A stretch of DNA of 20,907 nucleotides from Clostridia bacterium (GTDB lineage: Bacteria > Bacillota > Clostridia > UMGS1883): contig JBJDXJ010000004.1 of the NCBI GenBank assembly GCA_051866635.1, positions 1 to 20,907 of the forward strand, read 5' to 3'. Below, piece after piece: positions 1 through 8,128 of this stretch. Position 1 is the first letter of the stretch, and the number at the start of each line of letters is the position of its first letter. A model generated the notes under the pieces. That model did not search any database, had not been told where the DNA came from, and saw only the letters and a program-made list of their open reading frames with translations. Both the position numbers and the translations under genes were made by a program.

Positions 1-16
1 GGCATTGCCTTTTTTG

Positions 17-42
17 AACCACGCCACTATGGCGTGGTTTTC
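17..42. terminator. GC-rich hairpin, probable intrinsic terminator
   Basis: AACCACGCCA-CTA-TGGCGTGGTT inverted repeat followed by T residues; the upstream transcription unit lies outside the window. Confidence 0.55.
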
Positions 43-52
43 GTTTACACAA

Positions 53-150
53 AAAGACCATTTCGGGACTGTCCCAACAAAACCTCGCAAGGTTTCTTTT
101 GCAAATTGTCTCCCAATTTGCCATAAGGTGGACTGTCCCAAATGGTCTTT
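53..150. repeat. REP/MITE-like branched palindromic element
   Basis: Outer arms AAAGACCATTT(C)GGGACTGTCC (53-74) and GGACTGTCCCAAATGGTCTTT (130-150) enclose two hairpins, AAACCT-CGCA-AGGTTT (80-95) and GCAAATTG-TCTCC-CAATTTGC (101-121). Confidence 0.55.
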
Positions 151-201
151 ATGATTTCTTTATAGATTTTTTTACAGCTTCTTTAAAGTAAACTGTTTTT
201 A

Positions 202-1677
202 TTATTCGTTTTTAGGAAGTTTTTCGTTTGCAGACGAAGCAAACTTTTTAAGATCTGCCGTTGCCTTTGCGATTGGAATGTTCGTGCCGGCACCTGCCAC
301 ACAGCCGCCCGGGCAGCCCATACCTTCGATAAGATAGCCGTTTAATTTGCCGGCTTTCGCCATCATAAGAGTTCGCTTACATTCGCTCAAGCCTTCACAA
401 TGGGTGGTTTTTATTTCCGTTCCCGGATAGTATTCTTTAATACAAGCCTCTATACCGCTTATTACGCCGCCTGCATGGCCGTAGCTTCTGCCAACGGTTG
501 TAGCATCGTTAATATCCTCCTCGGGAAGGATTGAAAAATCAATTTCCTTTGCAATAAACATAGCGTCCAGTTCTTCAAAGGTTATAACAAAGTCAACATC
601 ACTTCTCACTGTTCTTCTTGACGCTTCCAGCTTTTTTGCGGCACAAGGACCGATAAAAACAATCTTAGCATCGGGATTTTCTGCCTTTACCTGTCTCGCC
701 GTTGCAACCATAGGCGTAAGTGCATTTGAAACTGAATCAATCATCTGTGGAAACTGTTTTTTTGCCAGCATACTCCAGCTGGGGCAACAGGAGGTAAGAA
801 GGAACGGTAATTCCCCTGTTGTAACTTTTTCAACGTAATGCTCGGCTTCTGCCATAGCTCCCTTGTCTGCACCTATTGCAACTTCTCTCACATCTGCAAT
901 ACCCAATTCCAAAAGTGCCGCCTTAATCTTGCCGGGTGTTGCATCGGGTCCGAACTGACTGACAAAAGCTGGTGCAACAATTGCAATAACCCTGCCGCCG
1001 TTTTGTATGGCACGTATAAGCTGGAAAATCTGGCTCTTATCGGATATTGCACCAAATGGGCAACTAACCATACACATACCGCAGCTTACACATCTGTCGT
1101 TGTCTATAATGGCTCTGCCGTGTTCATCGCTCTTTATAGCACCCACACCGCAAGCCTCAGCACAAGGGCGGACATTATGTAATATTGCCCCGTACGGGCA
1201 GGCGTCCTTACACCTTCCGCACTTAATACATTTTGACTGATCAATAACGCTCTTGCCGCCTACCATGCCGGCAGCACCTCTAGGACAAACTTCAACGCAA
1301 GGGTGGGCAACGCATCCGTGACAAAGGTTTGTAACCTCATAAACATTATCCTTACACATATCACACGCCGAAGGAATTACCTGCATAAGCGGCGGTTCAT
1401 AATACTTTTCGTCAATATCGCTGTCCTTAGTACCATAAGTAATGGGCACAGGCTTATTTTCCGGTCTGAGCGAAAGTCCCAAAGCAAGTCTCACTCTTTC
1501 GGACGCAATAGCCCTTTCAAGGTGTACGCTGTCACGGTATGAAGGAAAATCTCCCGGACATATGATATAAGGAATTTCCTCAATTTTATTAATATCTTCT
1601 CCCGAATATGCCAAGCGGGCAACCTCGGTAAAAACTCTTTTTCTGAGCCTTCTTATATCTGTATCTATACCTCTCAT
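202..1677 (-). CDS. Monomeric [FeFe]-hydrogenase, group B-like, with N-terminal 4Fe-4S ferredoxin domains
   Basis: H-cluster motifs TSCCPSW, GPCAAKKLE and EGMGCPGGCVAGAG; several CxxCxxCxxxCP motifs; start moved to ATG 1677 behind RBS AAGGGG. Confidence 0.9.
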   Translation of the reverse strand: MRGIDTDIRRLRKRVFTEVARLAYSGEDINKIEEIPYIICPGDFPSYRDSVHLERAIASERVRLALGLSLRPENKPVPITYGTKDSDIDEKYYEPPLMQVIPSACDMCKDNVYEVTNLCHGCVAHPCVEVCPRGAAGMVGGKSVIDQSKCIKCGRCKDACPYGAILHNVRPCAEACGVGAIKSDEHGRAIIDNDRCVSCGMCMVSCPFGAISDKSQIFQLIRAIQNGGRVIAIVAPAFVSQFGPDATPGKIKAALLELGIADVREVAIGADKGAMAEAEHYVEKVTTGELPFLLTSCCPSWSMLAKKQFPQMIDSVSNALTPMVATARQVKAENPDAKIVFIGPCAAKKLEASRRTVRSDVDFVITFEELDAMFIAKEIDFSILPEEDINDATTVGRSYGHAGGVISGIEACIKEYYPGTEIKTTHCEGLSECKRTLMMAKAGKLNGYLIEGMGCPGGCVAGAGTNIPIAKATADLKKFASSANEKLPKNE

Positions 1678-1707
1678 AAACGTACCCCTTTTCAAGCTTT
1701 TTGTATT

Positions 1708-1737
1708 ATTTTAATACGCATACGCTATATTTGTCAA
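1708..1737 (-). promoter_or_regulatory. Putative sigma-A promoter of the hydrogenase
   Basis: TTGACA (1737-1732), 18-bp spacer, TAAAAT. Confidence 0.5.
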
Positions 1738-1777
1738 CAACAAATTCTTACCGCGTTTTACAATTCTCTGCAAATTC

Positions 1778-1804
1778 AAAAGGCGAGCTTAAAGCCCGCC
1801 CTTC
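1778..1804 (-). terminator. Probable terminator after nfnB/gltA
   Basis: Imperfect hairpin AAGGCGAGCT-TAA-AGCCCGCCCTT; the A-run at 1778-1781 gives a U tail on the minus strand. Confidence 0.55.
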
Positions 1805-1821
1805 AATGCATAAATTTTAAT

Positions 1822-3204
1822 TTAACCCATTATATCTTTATCAATAGCCGCCGCAGCAGTTTTGCCTGCACCCATTGCCAGGATAACAGTTGCCGCACCT
1901 GTTACGGCGTCACCACCTGCATATACTCTGTTTCTGCTTGTGAGGCCGTCTTCGTTTGCAACTATGCCGCCCCACTTTTGTGTTTCAAGACCTTTTGTTG
2001 TACTCTTTATAAGAGGATTGGGGCTTGTACCGATGCTCATGATTACACAGTCACATTCATATTCAAATACTGCACCTTCTTTAGCAACAGGTCTGCGTCT
2101 TCCTGATTCATCAGGTTCGCTAAGCTCCATTTCCTGACAAAGCATACCCTTAACCCAACCGTTTTCATTGCCGAGTATTTCAACGGGGTTAGTAAGCATC
2201 TTAAAGTGAATGCCTTCCTCCATTGCATGTTCAACTTCTTCTTTTCTTGCAGGAAGCTCAGCCTCTGTTCTTCTGTAAACGATAGTAACATCAGCACCAA
2301 GACGCTTTGCACATCTTGCCGCATCCATAGCAACATTACCGCCGCCTACAACACTTACCTTCTTACCCTTATAAATAGGTGTATCACTTCCTTCTTTATA
2401 AGCCTTCATAAGATTGATACGTGTTAAGAATTCGTTAGCGGAGAAAACACCGTTAAGGTTTTCACCGGGTATGTTCATAAACTTGGGAAGACCTGCACCC
2501 GAGCCGATAAACACAGCTTCAAAGCCGTAATCCTCCATAAGCTCATCTATTGACAAAACCTTACCGATAACCATGTTTGTCTCAATTTTAACACCAAGTG
2601 CCTTTAATGTGTCAATTTCCTTTTGAACAATGCTCTTGGGAAGACGAAATTCGGGAATACCGTACACAAGTACGCCGCCGGCAGTGTGGAGTGCTTCAAA
2701 CACTGTTACTTCGTAACCCTTCTTTGCCAAATCACCGGCACATGTAAGACCTGAAGGACCTGAACCTATAACGGCAACCTTATGACCATTGCTTTCAGGC
2801 TTGTTAACAGTTACATTTTCCTGTGCATTATGCCAGTCTGCAACAAATCTTTCAAGTCTGCCTATGCCTACAGCTTCACCCTTAATTCCTCTTACGCACT
2901 TACTTTCGCACTGACTTTCCTGAGGACATACTCTGCCGCATACTGCGGGAAGAGCACTTGACTTTGATATAATTTCATAAGCCTTTTCAAATTCACCATT
3001 TGCCACCTCTGCAATAAATTCAGGAATGTGAACCTTTACGGGACAGCCTGAAACGCAGGGCATATTCTTACAGTTAAGACATCTTTGTGCTTCGTCAATA
3101 GCCTGTTCCTTTGTATAACCTAAAGCAACCTCTGAAAAGTTTTTATTTCTTACATCCGCATCCTGGTTAGGCATGGGATTTTTTACTAAACTCATATTAG
3201 GCAT
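1822..3204 (-). CDS. gltA: NfnB/SudA-type electron-bifurcating transhydrogenase large subunit (annotated as NADPH-dependent glutamate synthase GltA, homotetrameric type)
   Basis: RCLNCKNMPCVSGCP and CGRVCPQESQCE Fe-S motifs; GSGPSG and GGGNVAMDAAR dinucleotide-binding motifs; GGDAVTG; adjacent to an NfnA-like gene. Confidence 0.9.
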   Translation of the reverse strand: MPNMSLVKNPMPNQDADVRNKNFSEVALGYTKEQAIDEAQRCLNCKNMPCVSGCPVKVHIPEFIAEVANGEFEKAYEIISKSSALPAVCGRVCPQESQCESKCVRGIKGEAVGIGRLERFVADWHNAQENVTVNKPESNGHKVAVIGSGPSGLTCAGDLAKKGYEVTVFEALHTAGGVLVYGIPEFRLPKSIVQKEIDTLKALGVKIETNMVIGKVLSIDELMEDYGFEAVFIGSGAGLPKFMNIPGENLNGVFSANEFLTRINLMKAYKEGSDTPIYKGKKVSVVGGGNVAMDAARCAKRLGADVTIVYRRTEAELPARKEEVEHAMEEGIHFKMLTNPVEILGNENGWVKGMLCQEMELSEPDESGRRRPVAKEGAVFEYECDCVIMSIGTSPNPLIKSTTKGLETQKWGGIVANEDGLTSRNRVYAGGDAVTGAATVILAMGAGKTAAAAIDKDIMG

Positions 3205-3207
3205 GAT

Positions 3208-4050
3208 TTACTCTACCTCCTTTTTGAATAAGTTACAGGTTTTTTCTCTTTCTCCTGCTTCAAATTCACGGTATGTACCGCCGCGTTTCATAGCTTCGTC
3301 AAAGTCAACCTGATGACCGTCAAATTCAGGACCGTCAACACATGCAAACTTTGTTTCGCCACCAACAGTAAGACGGCAACCGCCGCACATGCCTGTACCG
3401 TCAACCATGATAGGATTCATGCTTACGATAGTTTTAACGCCATACTGTTTTGTAAGCTGACATACAAATTTCATCATGATAACAGGACCAATGCATATAA
3501 CTTCGTCGTATTCATTGCCTTCTTCAATAAGCTTCTTTAAGGCATCTGTAACAAGACCCTTTTCTCCCCAGCTACCGTCGTCGCTCATCTTAACGCACTT
3601 TTTGGAAGCCTTTTCAAAATCTTCTTCCAGAATAACGAGGTCTTTATTTCTGAAACCTATAACACTGTGAACCTCACAGCCATTTTCACTCAATGCCTTT
3701 GCAACAGGGTAAGCAATGGCACAACCAACACCGCCGCCTACAACTGCCACTTTGTTTTTGCCTTCAATATCTGTAGCTTTTCCTAAGGGACCCACGAAAT
3801 CGCAGATATATTCCCCTTCTTCCTTATGATTAAGTTTTTCCGTTGTAGCACCTACTACCTGGAATATGATAGTAACGGTTCCCGCCTCTCTGTCGTAATC
3901 AGCAACAGTAAGTGGTATTCTTTCGCCGTCTTCATCAACCCTTAAGATAATAAACTGACCGGGAAGTGCTTTTTTGGCAACAAAAGGAGCTTCTATATCC
4001 ATTCTTGTAACAGTAGGATTTAAAACCTCTTTTCTTACAATCTTATACAT
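3208..4050 (-). CDS. NfnA/SudB-type ferredoxin-NADP reductase small subunit (FAD/NAD-binding, 2Fe-2S)
   Basis: PGQFIILR..GERIPLT, GPLG, GGGVG, MVDGTGMCGGCR and FACVDGPEF; RBS AGGAGG; 3 bp from the large-subunit gene. Confidence 0.92.
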   Translation of the reverse strand: MYKIVRKEVLNPTVTRMDIEAPFVAKKALPGQFIILRVDEDGERIPLTVADYDREAGTVTIIFQVVGATTEKLNHKEEGEYICDFVGPLGKATDIEGKNKVAVVGGGVGCAIAYPVAKALSENGCEVHSVIGFRNKDLVILEEDFEKASKKCVKMSDDGSWGEKGLVTDALKKLIEEGNEYDEVICIGPVIMMKFVCQLTKQYGVKTIVSMNPIMVDGTGMCGGCRLTVGGETKFACVDGPEFDGHQVDFDEAMKRGGTYREFEAGEREKTCNLFKKEVE

Positions 4051-4105
4051 AAATTAGTCCTCCTAATACATATTTCGCACTACAGTTTTATGCTATATTT
4101 TTTAT

Positions 4106-4134
4106 ATTATAGCACTGCACTTTTTTATTGTCAA
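4106..4134 (-). promoter_or_regulatory. Consensus sigma-A promoter of nfnAB
   Basis: TTGACA (4134-4129), 17-bp spacer, extended -10 TGcTATAAT (hexamer 4111-4106). Confidence 0.8.
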
Positions 4135-4139
4135 TACAG

Positions 4140-4163
4140 AAAAAAGGAGCTAAAAGCTCCTTT
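4140..4163 (-). terminator. Intrinsic terminator after the anti-sigma gene
   Basis: AAAGGAGCT-AAA-AGCTCCTTT with an A-run at 4140-4145 (U tract on the minus strand). Confidence 0.75.
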
Positions 4164-4172
4164 GTCGGTATA

Positions 4173-5144
4173 TTACTCTCCGTAGACAATATCAGTTACA
4201 GCACCGCTAAATTCAACAAATACCGTCTGGCAACCCCCGACTGTATCATTTTTTAAAAAAGTAATTCTCCAAAGCCTCGTTTCATTGTCGTAAGAAACAT
4301 CAATATTATCATATTCAACAGTGCAGACAGACTTTGCTACCTCCACCGCTTCGTCTTCGGTGATTACATTTTCACTCTCATCCCAAGCATCATCTTCATC
4401 ATATGCGGAAGTTTCCTCTGTTTTGGGCATATAGCTGCTTACCATCAAACCGGCATCTTCATCATTTTCATTTACAACCTCATCCTCTTCAAAAAATGAC
4501 ATAGTTGCAACGCCAACTTCTGCAGTTATGTTTTCTGCTTCGTCTTCCACAGACCTTCTATTTGAGAAGACGGCTGCTTCATTGTTCGTTTCAGGCGTAT
4601 CTTCAGAAATTACGCTTTTCGGTTCTTGTTTTTCAGCGGAATTTGCACCGGACACATTAGTACTGCCTACAGCAATTGATGATGTGTCCGGTTTTGTTTC
4701 AGCCGTGCTCTTCCCTTTTTCAGTTTGATTTTCTTTTGTCACCGATAAATCACCGTCGGATGTATTGGAAAATTCGGGAAGATTAATATTATTTTCTGCT
4801 TCATTTTCGTCAGATACTAAGTCATTTGCAAGGACTGCTGCTTTATCTTCAAGGGCTGATATATCTTCTTTCTCAGACATAATTCGTTCCGACTTTTCCT
4901 GTGTAATTACAGAATCATCTTCACCGACCGGTTTAATATCCTTCCCTTTTTCCAAAAACAGCTCGGAATTCATAAATATGGCACCTGCAACCACAACTGC
5001 CACAACTGCGGTTCCTAAAGCAGAAAACTTCCATATGGGGGACGAGGTTTTTTCCGGCTGTGCCGCCTGCAAAAATGCCTTATCCAATATTTCTCTGTCG
5101 CCCTTTATGCAGTCATTGGCACTTTTATAAACATCTTTAAACAT
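4173..5144 (-). CDS. Putative membrane-anchored anti-sigma factor with acidic linker and C-terminal PepSY-like domain
   Basis: Overlaps the ECF sigma stop codon; short N-terminus, one TM helix (ALGTAVVAVVVAGAIFM), long E/D/S/T-rich linker, C-terminal ITEDEAVEVAK...WRITF; ATG 5144 has better RBS spacing than 5150. Confidence 0.65.
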   Translation of the reverse strand: MFKDVYKSANDCIKGDREILDKAFLQAAQPEKTSSPIWKFSALGTAVVAVVVAGAIFMNSELFLEKGKDIKPVGEDDSVITQEKSERIMSEKEDISALEDKAAVLANDLVSDENEAENNINLPEFSNTSDGDLSVTKENQTEKGKSTAETKPDTSSIAVGSTNVSGANSAEKQEPKSVISEDTPETNNEAAVFSNRRSVEDEAENITAEVGVATMSFFEEDEVVNENDEDAGLMVSSYMPKTEETSAYDEDDAWDESENVITEDEAVEVAKSVCTVEYDNIDVSYDNETRLWRITFLKNDTVGGCQTVFVEFSGAVTDIVYGE

Positions 5145-5613
5145 AGTCATACTCTCCTTTGAGCTTCGCCGAAAGCATTTCCCTGCCTCTTTTAAGCTGA
5201 GATTTTACAGTTGATTCATTAATTCCAAGACACTTGGAAATCTCAGCAATAGGCAAATCTTCATAATAAAACAGATGGATAACCGTGCGGTATTTTTGCG
5301 GCAACTCTCTCACAGCATAATACACATCGCTTTTTTCCTGAGAATCAAAAACCAAATTATCTTCAAGCGGCTCCGTTTTCTTAAACCAGCTTGATGTAAA
5401 ATAGCTGTTTGATGCGTTTATTGCCACACGAATGAGCCAGGCTTTCACATGCTCCTCCGTTTCAAATTCCTTATCGGTTTTTATGTATTTATAAAAAACA
5501 TTCTGCACAATATCATCTGCCGCATCTTTCGATTTGGCACGGCACAGCACCAGACGGTAAATACTGTCAAAATATTTTTCGCAAACAGCTTTTTTATCTG
5601 TCAACACCAACAC
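5137..5613 (-). CDS. ECF RNA polymerase sigma-70 factor (SigV/SigW-like)
   Basis: Region 2 DDIVQNVF...KAWLIRVAIN; region 4 LPQKYRTVIHLFYYEDL..EIS..LGINESTVKSQLKRGR; GTG 5613 behind GGAGGAGG. Confidence 0.92.
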   Translation of the reverse strand: MLVLTDKKAVCEKYFDSIYRLVLCRAKSKDAADDIVQNVFYKYIKTDKEFETEEHVKAWLIRVAINASNSYFTSSWFKKTEPLEDNLVFDSQEKSDVYYAVRELPQKYRTVIHLFYYEDLPIAEISKCLGINESTVKSQLKRGREMLSAKLKGEYDYV

Positions 5614-5636
5614 GTTATCACCCCTCCTCCACATGT

Positions 5637-5665
5637 AATACTTTTCAGAAGCTCAAAAAGTTGCA
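5637..5665 (-). promoter_or_regulatory. Putative ECF autoregulatory promoter
   Basis: TGCAAC (5665-5660), N17, AGTATT immediately upstream of the sigma RBS; resembles the ECF TG(A/C)AAC..CGTA consensus. Confidence 0.55.
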
Positions 5666-5681
5666 TTAAACTAAAAATTTT

Positions 5682-5858
5682 TTATTCAGTTGGCAAAACA
5701 CCAAATTCCGTATTTTCCAAAAAGCCCAGCGTCACATCTTCTGTAGGTTCTACAAGAACAGATTTACTTTCAAAATTTTCATTAAAACCGAACTTTGAAA
5801 TTATCACAAGCAGTATTATAATAATAACTGCAATAATTGTACCTTTAAAACTTTTCAT
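5682..5858 (-). CDS. Small (58 aa) single-TM hypothetical protein
   Basis: MKSFKGTIIAVIIIILLVIISK hydrophobic helix; RBS GGGTGG; good promoter directly upstream. Confidence 0.55.
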   Translation of the reverse strand: MKSFKGTIIAVIIIILLVIISKFGFNENFESKSVLVEPTEDVTLGFLENTEFGVLPTE

Positions 5859-5875
5859 AAAAACCACCCAACGAG

Positions 5876-5947
5876 ATTATATCATCATTATCGTGACATT
5901 TCAACAAATGTAACCGTATTGTAATTATTACACTTTCATGTTATACT
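5876..5947. promoter_or_regulatory. Divergent sigma-A promoters sharing a WalR-like direct-repeat box
   Basis: Minus: TTGAAA(5904-5899)-17-TGaTATAAT(5881-5876). Plus: TTGTAA(5919-5924)-17-TGtTATACT(5942-5947). Box TGTAAC-cgtat-TGTAAT at 5909-5925. Confidence 0.6.
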
Positions 5948-5978
5948 GAAAAAAACATTATAGTAATAGGAGCATTTT

Positions 5979-6542
5979 ATGACTTACTTCGATAAAAACG
6001 CATTAAAGCTTTCGCATGAATATATAAAATCAAAAATAACGGAAGGTGACACCGTTGTGGATGCAACTGCCGGCAGAGGGCGTGATACGCTCTTACTTTC
6101 AATTCTGACAGGAAACAAAGGTAAAGTTTATGCCTTTGACATACAAGAGGATGCAATAAATTCCACCCATCAGTTACTTGCAGAAAACAGTTGTACAAAC
6201 GTAGAGCTTATTTTAGACAGCCATCACAATATAAAAAAATATGTCACAAGTGCAAAATGCGTTGTGTTTAACCTTGGCTTTCTTCCCGGGGGTGATCACG
6301 GTATATTTTCCCACTCAGACACAAGTATAAAAGCTATAGATGAATCTTTAGACATTTTAACACCCGACGGTTTTATATCAATCTGTTCCTACTACGGAGG
6401 TGACACAGGGTATGAAGAAAGGGACAATCTTTTAAAATTCCTTGAAAAGCTTGACCCTAAAAAGTATACGGTTATGCTCCACTCCTTTTATAACCGCCCC
6501 AACTGTCCTCCTATTTTCATCGTAATTGAAAAAAATTGTTAA
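5979..6542 (+). CDS. Class I SAM-dependent methyltransferase, YtqB/MnmM-like (putative tRNA mnm5s2U34 methyltransferase)
   Basis: VVDATAGRGRDT, YAFDIQ, VFNLGFLPGGD, YYGGDTGYEE; RBS AGGAG. Confidence 0.82.
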   Translation: MTYFDKNALKLSHEYIKSKITEGDTVVDATAGRGRDTLLLSILTGNKGKVYAFDIQEDAINSTHQLLAENSCTNVELILDSHHNIKKYVTSAKCVVFNLGFLPGGDHGIFSHSDTSIKAIDESLDILTPDGFISICSYYGGDTGYEERDNLLKFLEKLDPKKYTVMLHSFYNRPNCPPIFIVIEKNC

Positions 6543-6548
6543 ACTTTC
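6522..6548 (+). repeat. 27-bp direct repeat, left copy (att-like; 3' end of the methyltransferase gene)
   Basis: GTAATTGAAAAAAATTGTTAAACTTTC, identical to 8212-8238. Confidence 0.92.
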
Positions 6549-6657
6549 CCTGAAGCCTTTGTAAACACAGAGGTTTCACCACTTTAACACATACACAAAG
6601 GGTGCTGAAACGAGTTTTCAGGCACTCTTGGTATATACGGATGGAATTCATAAGCGT

Positions 6658-6696
6658 GAAAAAGCAATCTGATTAATTTCAGGTTGCTTTTTCCTT
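6658..6696. terminator. Probable bidirectional terminator inside the islet left end
   Basis: GAAAAAGCAATCTGA-TTAATT-TCAGGTTGCTTTTTC hairpin. Confidence 0.65.
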
Positions 6697-6711
6697 TGCA
6701 CTTAAAGCTTA

Positions 6712-6811
6712 AATTTTGTGAAAATACACAAAATTATCGAAAGTGAATATTGACATTTGAAAATGTATATGATATAATCAAAACCGTAAAAATGTAGAAA
6801 TACACAGATTT
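6712..6811 (+). promoter_or_regulatory. Consensus sigma-A promoter flanked by two operator-like palindromes
   Basis: TTGACA(6750-6755)-17-TGaTATAAT(6773-6778); AATTTTGTG-N6-CACAAAATT (6712-6735) and degenerate AAAAATGTA-N6-CACAGATTT (6788-6811). Confidence 0.8.
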
Positions 6812-6829
6812 CTTGAATGAGGTATTGCT

Positions 6830-8128
6830 ATGATTGAGAGAAAGAAATATCTTGATAAACTTATCAGCAAAAAGGAAAACGGACTTGTTAAGGTTATTAC
6901 GGGTATCCGTAGGTGTGGTAAATCCTATCTCCTTTTTAACATATATAAGGACTACTTGATTTCTACGGGAGTATCCGAAAAACAGATAATTGAACTTGCC
7001 CTAGATGATGATGAAAACATCAGATACCGTAATCCGCTTGAACTTGGAGAATATCTCCGTTCCCTCACAGCGGATAAGAGTAAGACTTATTACATCTTCC
7101 TTGACGAGATACAGAAAGTAGTATCAATTCAAAATCCGTATATCAAAGATGTGGAAGATAAAATTGGGTTTGTAGATGTCCTCCTTGGTCTTATGAAGCA
7201 TGACAATATAGATGTCTACGTAACAGGTAGTAACTCCAAAATGCTCTCTTCCGACATTCTCACAGAATTCCGTGGCAGAGGTGACGAGATAAGAGTTAAT
7301 CCATTGTCTTTCAGCGAGTTCTACAATGCCTATGAAGGTGATAAGAGAGATGCTTGGCAGGAATACTATACCTATGGCGGATTGCCTCTTGTAATGAAAA
7401 AGCAAGGGCATGAAGATAAGGCAAAATATCTCGGGAGTCTGTTTGACAAAATCTATTTAAGTGATATTATGGAACGAAACAAGATACTCCATGAAAAGTC
7501 GGTACTTTATGATATATTGAACATTGTATCTTCTTCAATCGGTTCTCTTACCAATGCAGGTAATATTGCAAAGACTTTCAAGAGTAACCGTCAAATCAAC
7601 ATCGACAATGCTACCGTCGGAAGATATCTTGACTTGTTTATTGATGCATTTATGCTATATAAGGCAGAAAGATACGATGTGAAAGGCAGAAAGCATATTG
7701 GTTCTCCTTTGAAGTATTATTTTAGCGACGTTGGTCTCCGTAATGCGAGACTACAGTTCAGACAGATGGAAGAAAATCACATTATGGAAAATATCATTTA
7801 CAATGAACTGATTTGCAGAGAATTTAATGTAGATGTTGGTGTGGTTGAATACTTCTACCGTGGTGATGAAGGAAAGAGTAAAAGGGCAAATCTTGAAATT
7901 GATTTTATTGCCAATAAGGGTAGTCAAAAGTACTATATTCAGTCAGCACTTACGGTAGCGGATGAAGATAAGCGTGAGCAGGAAATTCGTTCCCTTAACC
8001 GTGTTGGTGATTCCTTCAAGAAGATTGTAGTCGTCAAGGATAACATCATCCCTTGGCATGATGAAAATGGCATTTATTATATCGGCATTGAAAAGTTCTT
8101 GCTTGACGAAAATGCGATGAACGGTTAA
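6830..8128 (+). CDS. AAA+ ATPase (AAA_14 plus DUF4143-type C-terminal domain)
   Basis: Walker A GIRRCGKS, Walker B IFLDEIQ, TGSNS, YGGLP, KYYFSDVGLR, EIDF..YYIQ; RBS GAGGT. Confidence 0.9.
   Translation: MIERKKYLDKLISKKENGLVKVITGIRRCGKSYLLFNIYKDYLISTGVSEKQIIELALDDDENIRYRNPLELGEYLRSLTADKSKTYYIFLDEIQKVVSIQNPYIKDVEDKIGFVDVLLGLMKHDNIDVYVTGSNSKMLSSDILTEFRGRGDEIRVNPLSFSEFYNAYEGDKRDAWQEYYTYGGLPLVMKKQGHEDKAKYLGSLFDKIYLSDIMERNKILHEKSVLYDILNIVSSSIGSLTNAGNIAKTFKSNRQINIDNATVGRYLDLFIDAFMLYKAERYDVKGRKHIGSPLKYYFSDVGLRNARLQFRQMEENHIMENIIYNELICREFNVDVGVVEYFYRGDEGKSKRANLEIDFIANKGSQKYYIQSALTVADEDKREQEIRSLNRVGDSFKKIVVVKDNIIPWHDENGIYYIGIEKFLLDENAMNG

Noticed and set aside
1822-3204. True glutamate synthase (GOGAT) function
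   Set aside because: No large subunit gene nearby; pairing with an NfnA-like gene points to NfnAB/SudAB
1696-4172. Rex operators upstream of the hydrogenase or nfnAB
   Set aside because: No convincing TTGT(G/T)AA-N4-TT(C/A)ACAA match in either upstream region
838-5913. Plus-strand ORFs overlapping the hydrogenase, nfnAB, anti-sigma and sigma genes, and the nested minus-strand ORF 2043-2336
   Set aside because: Shadow ORFs of well-supported genes, with no motifs or clear RBS
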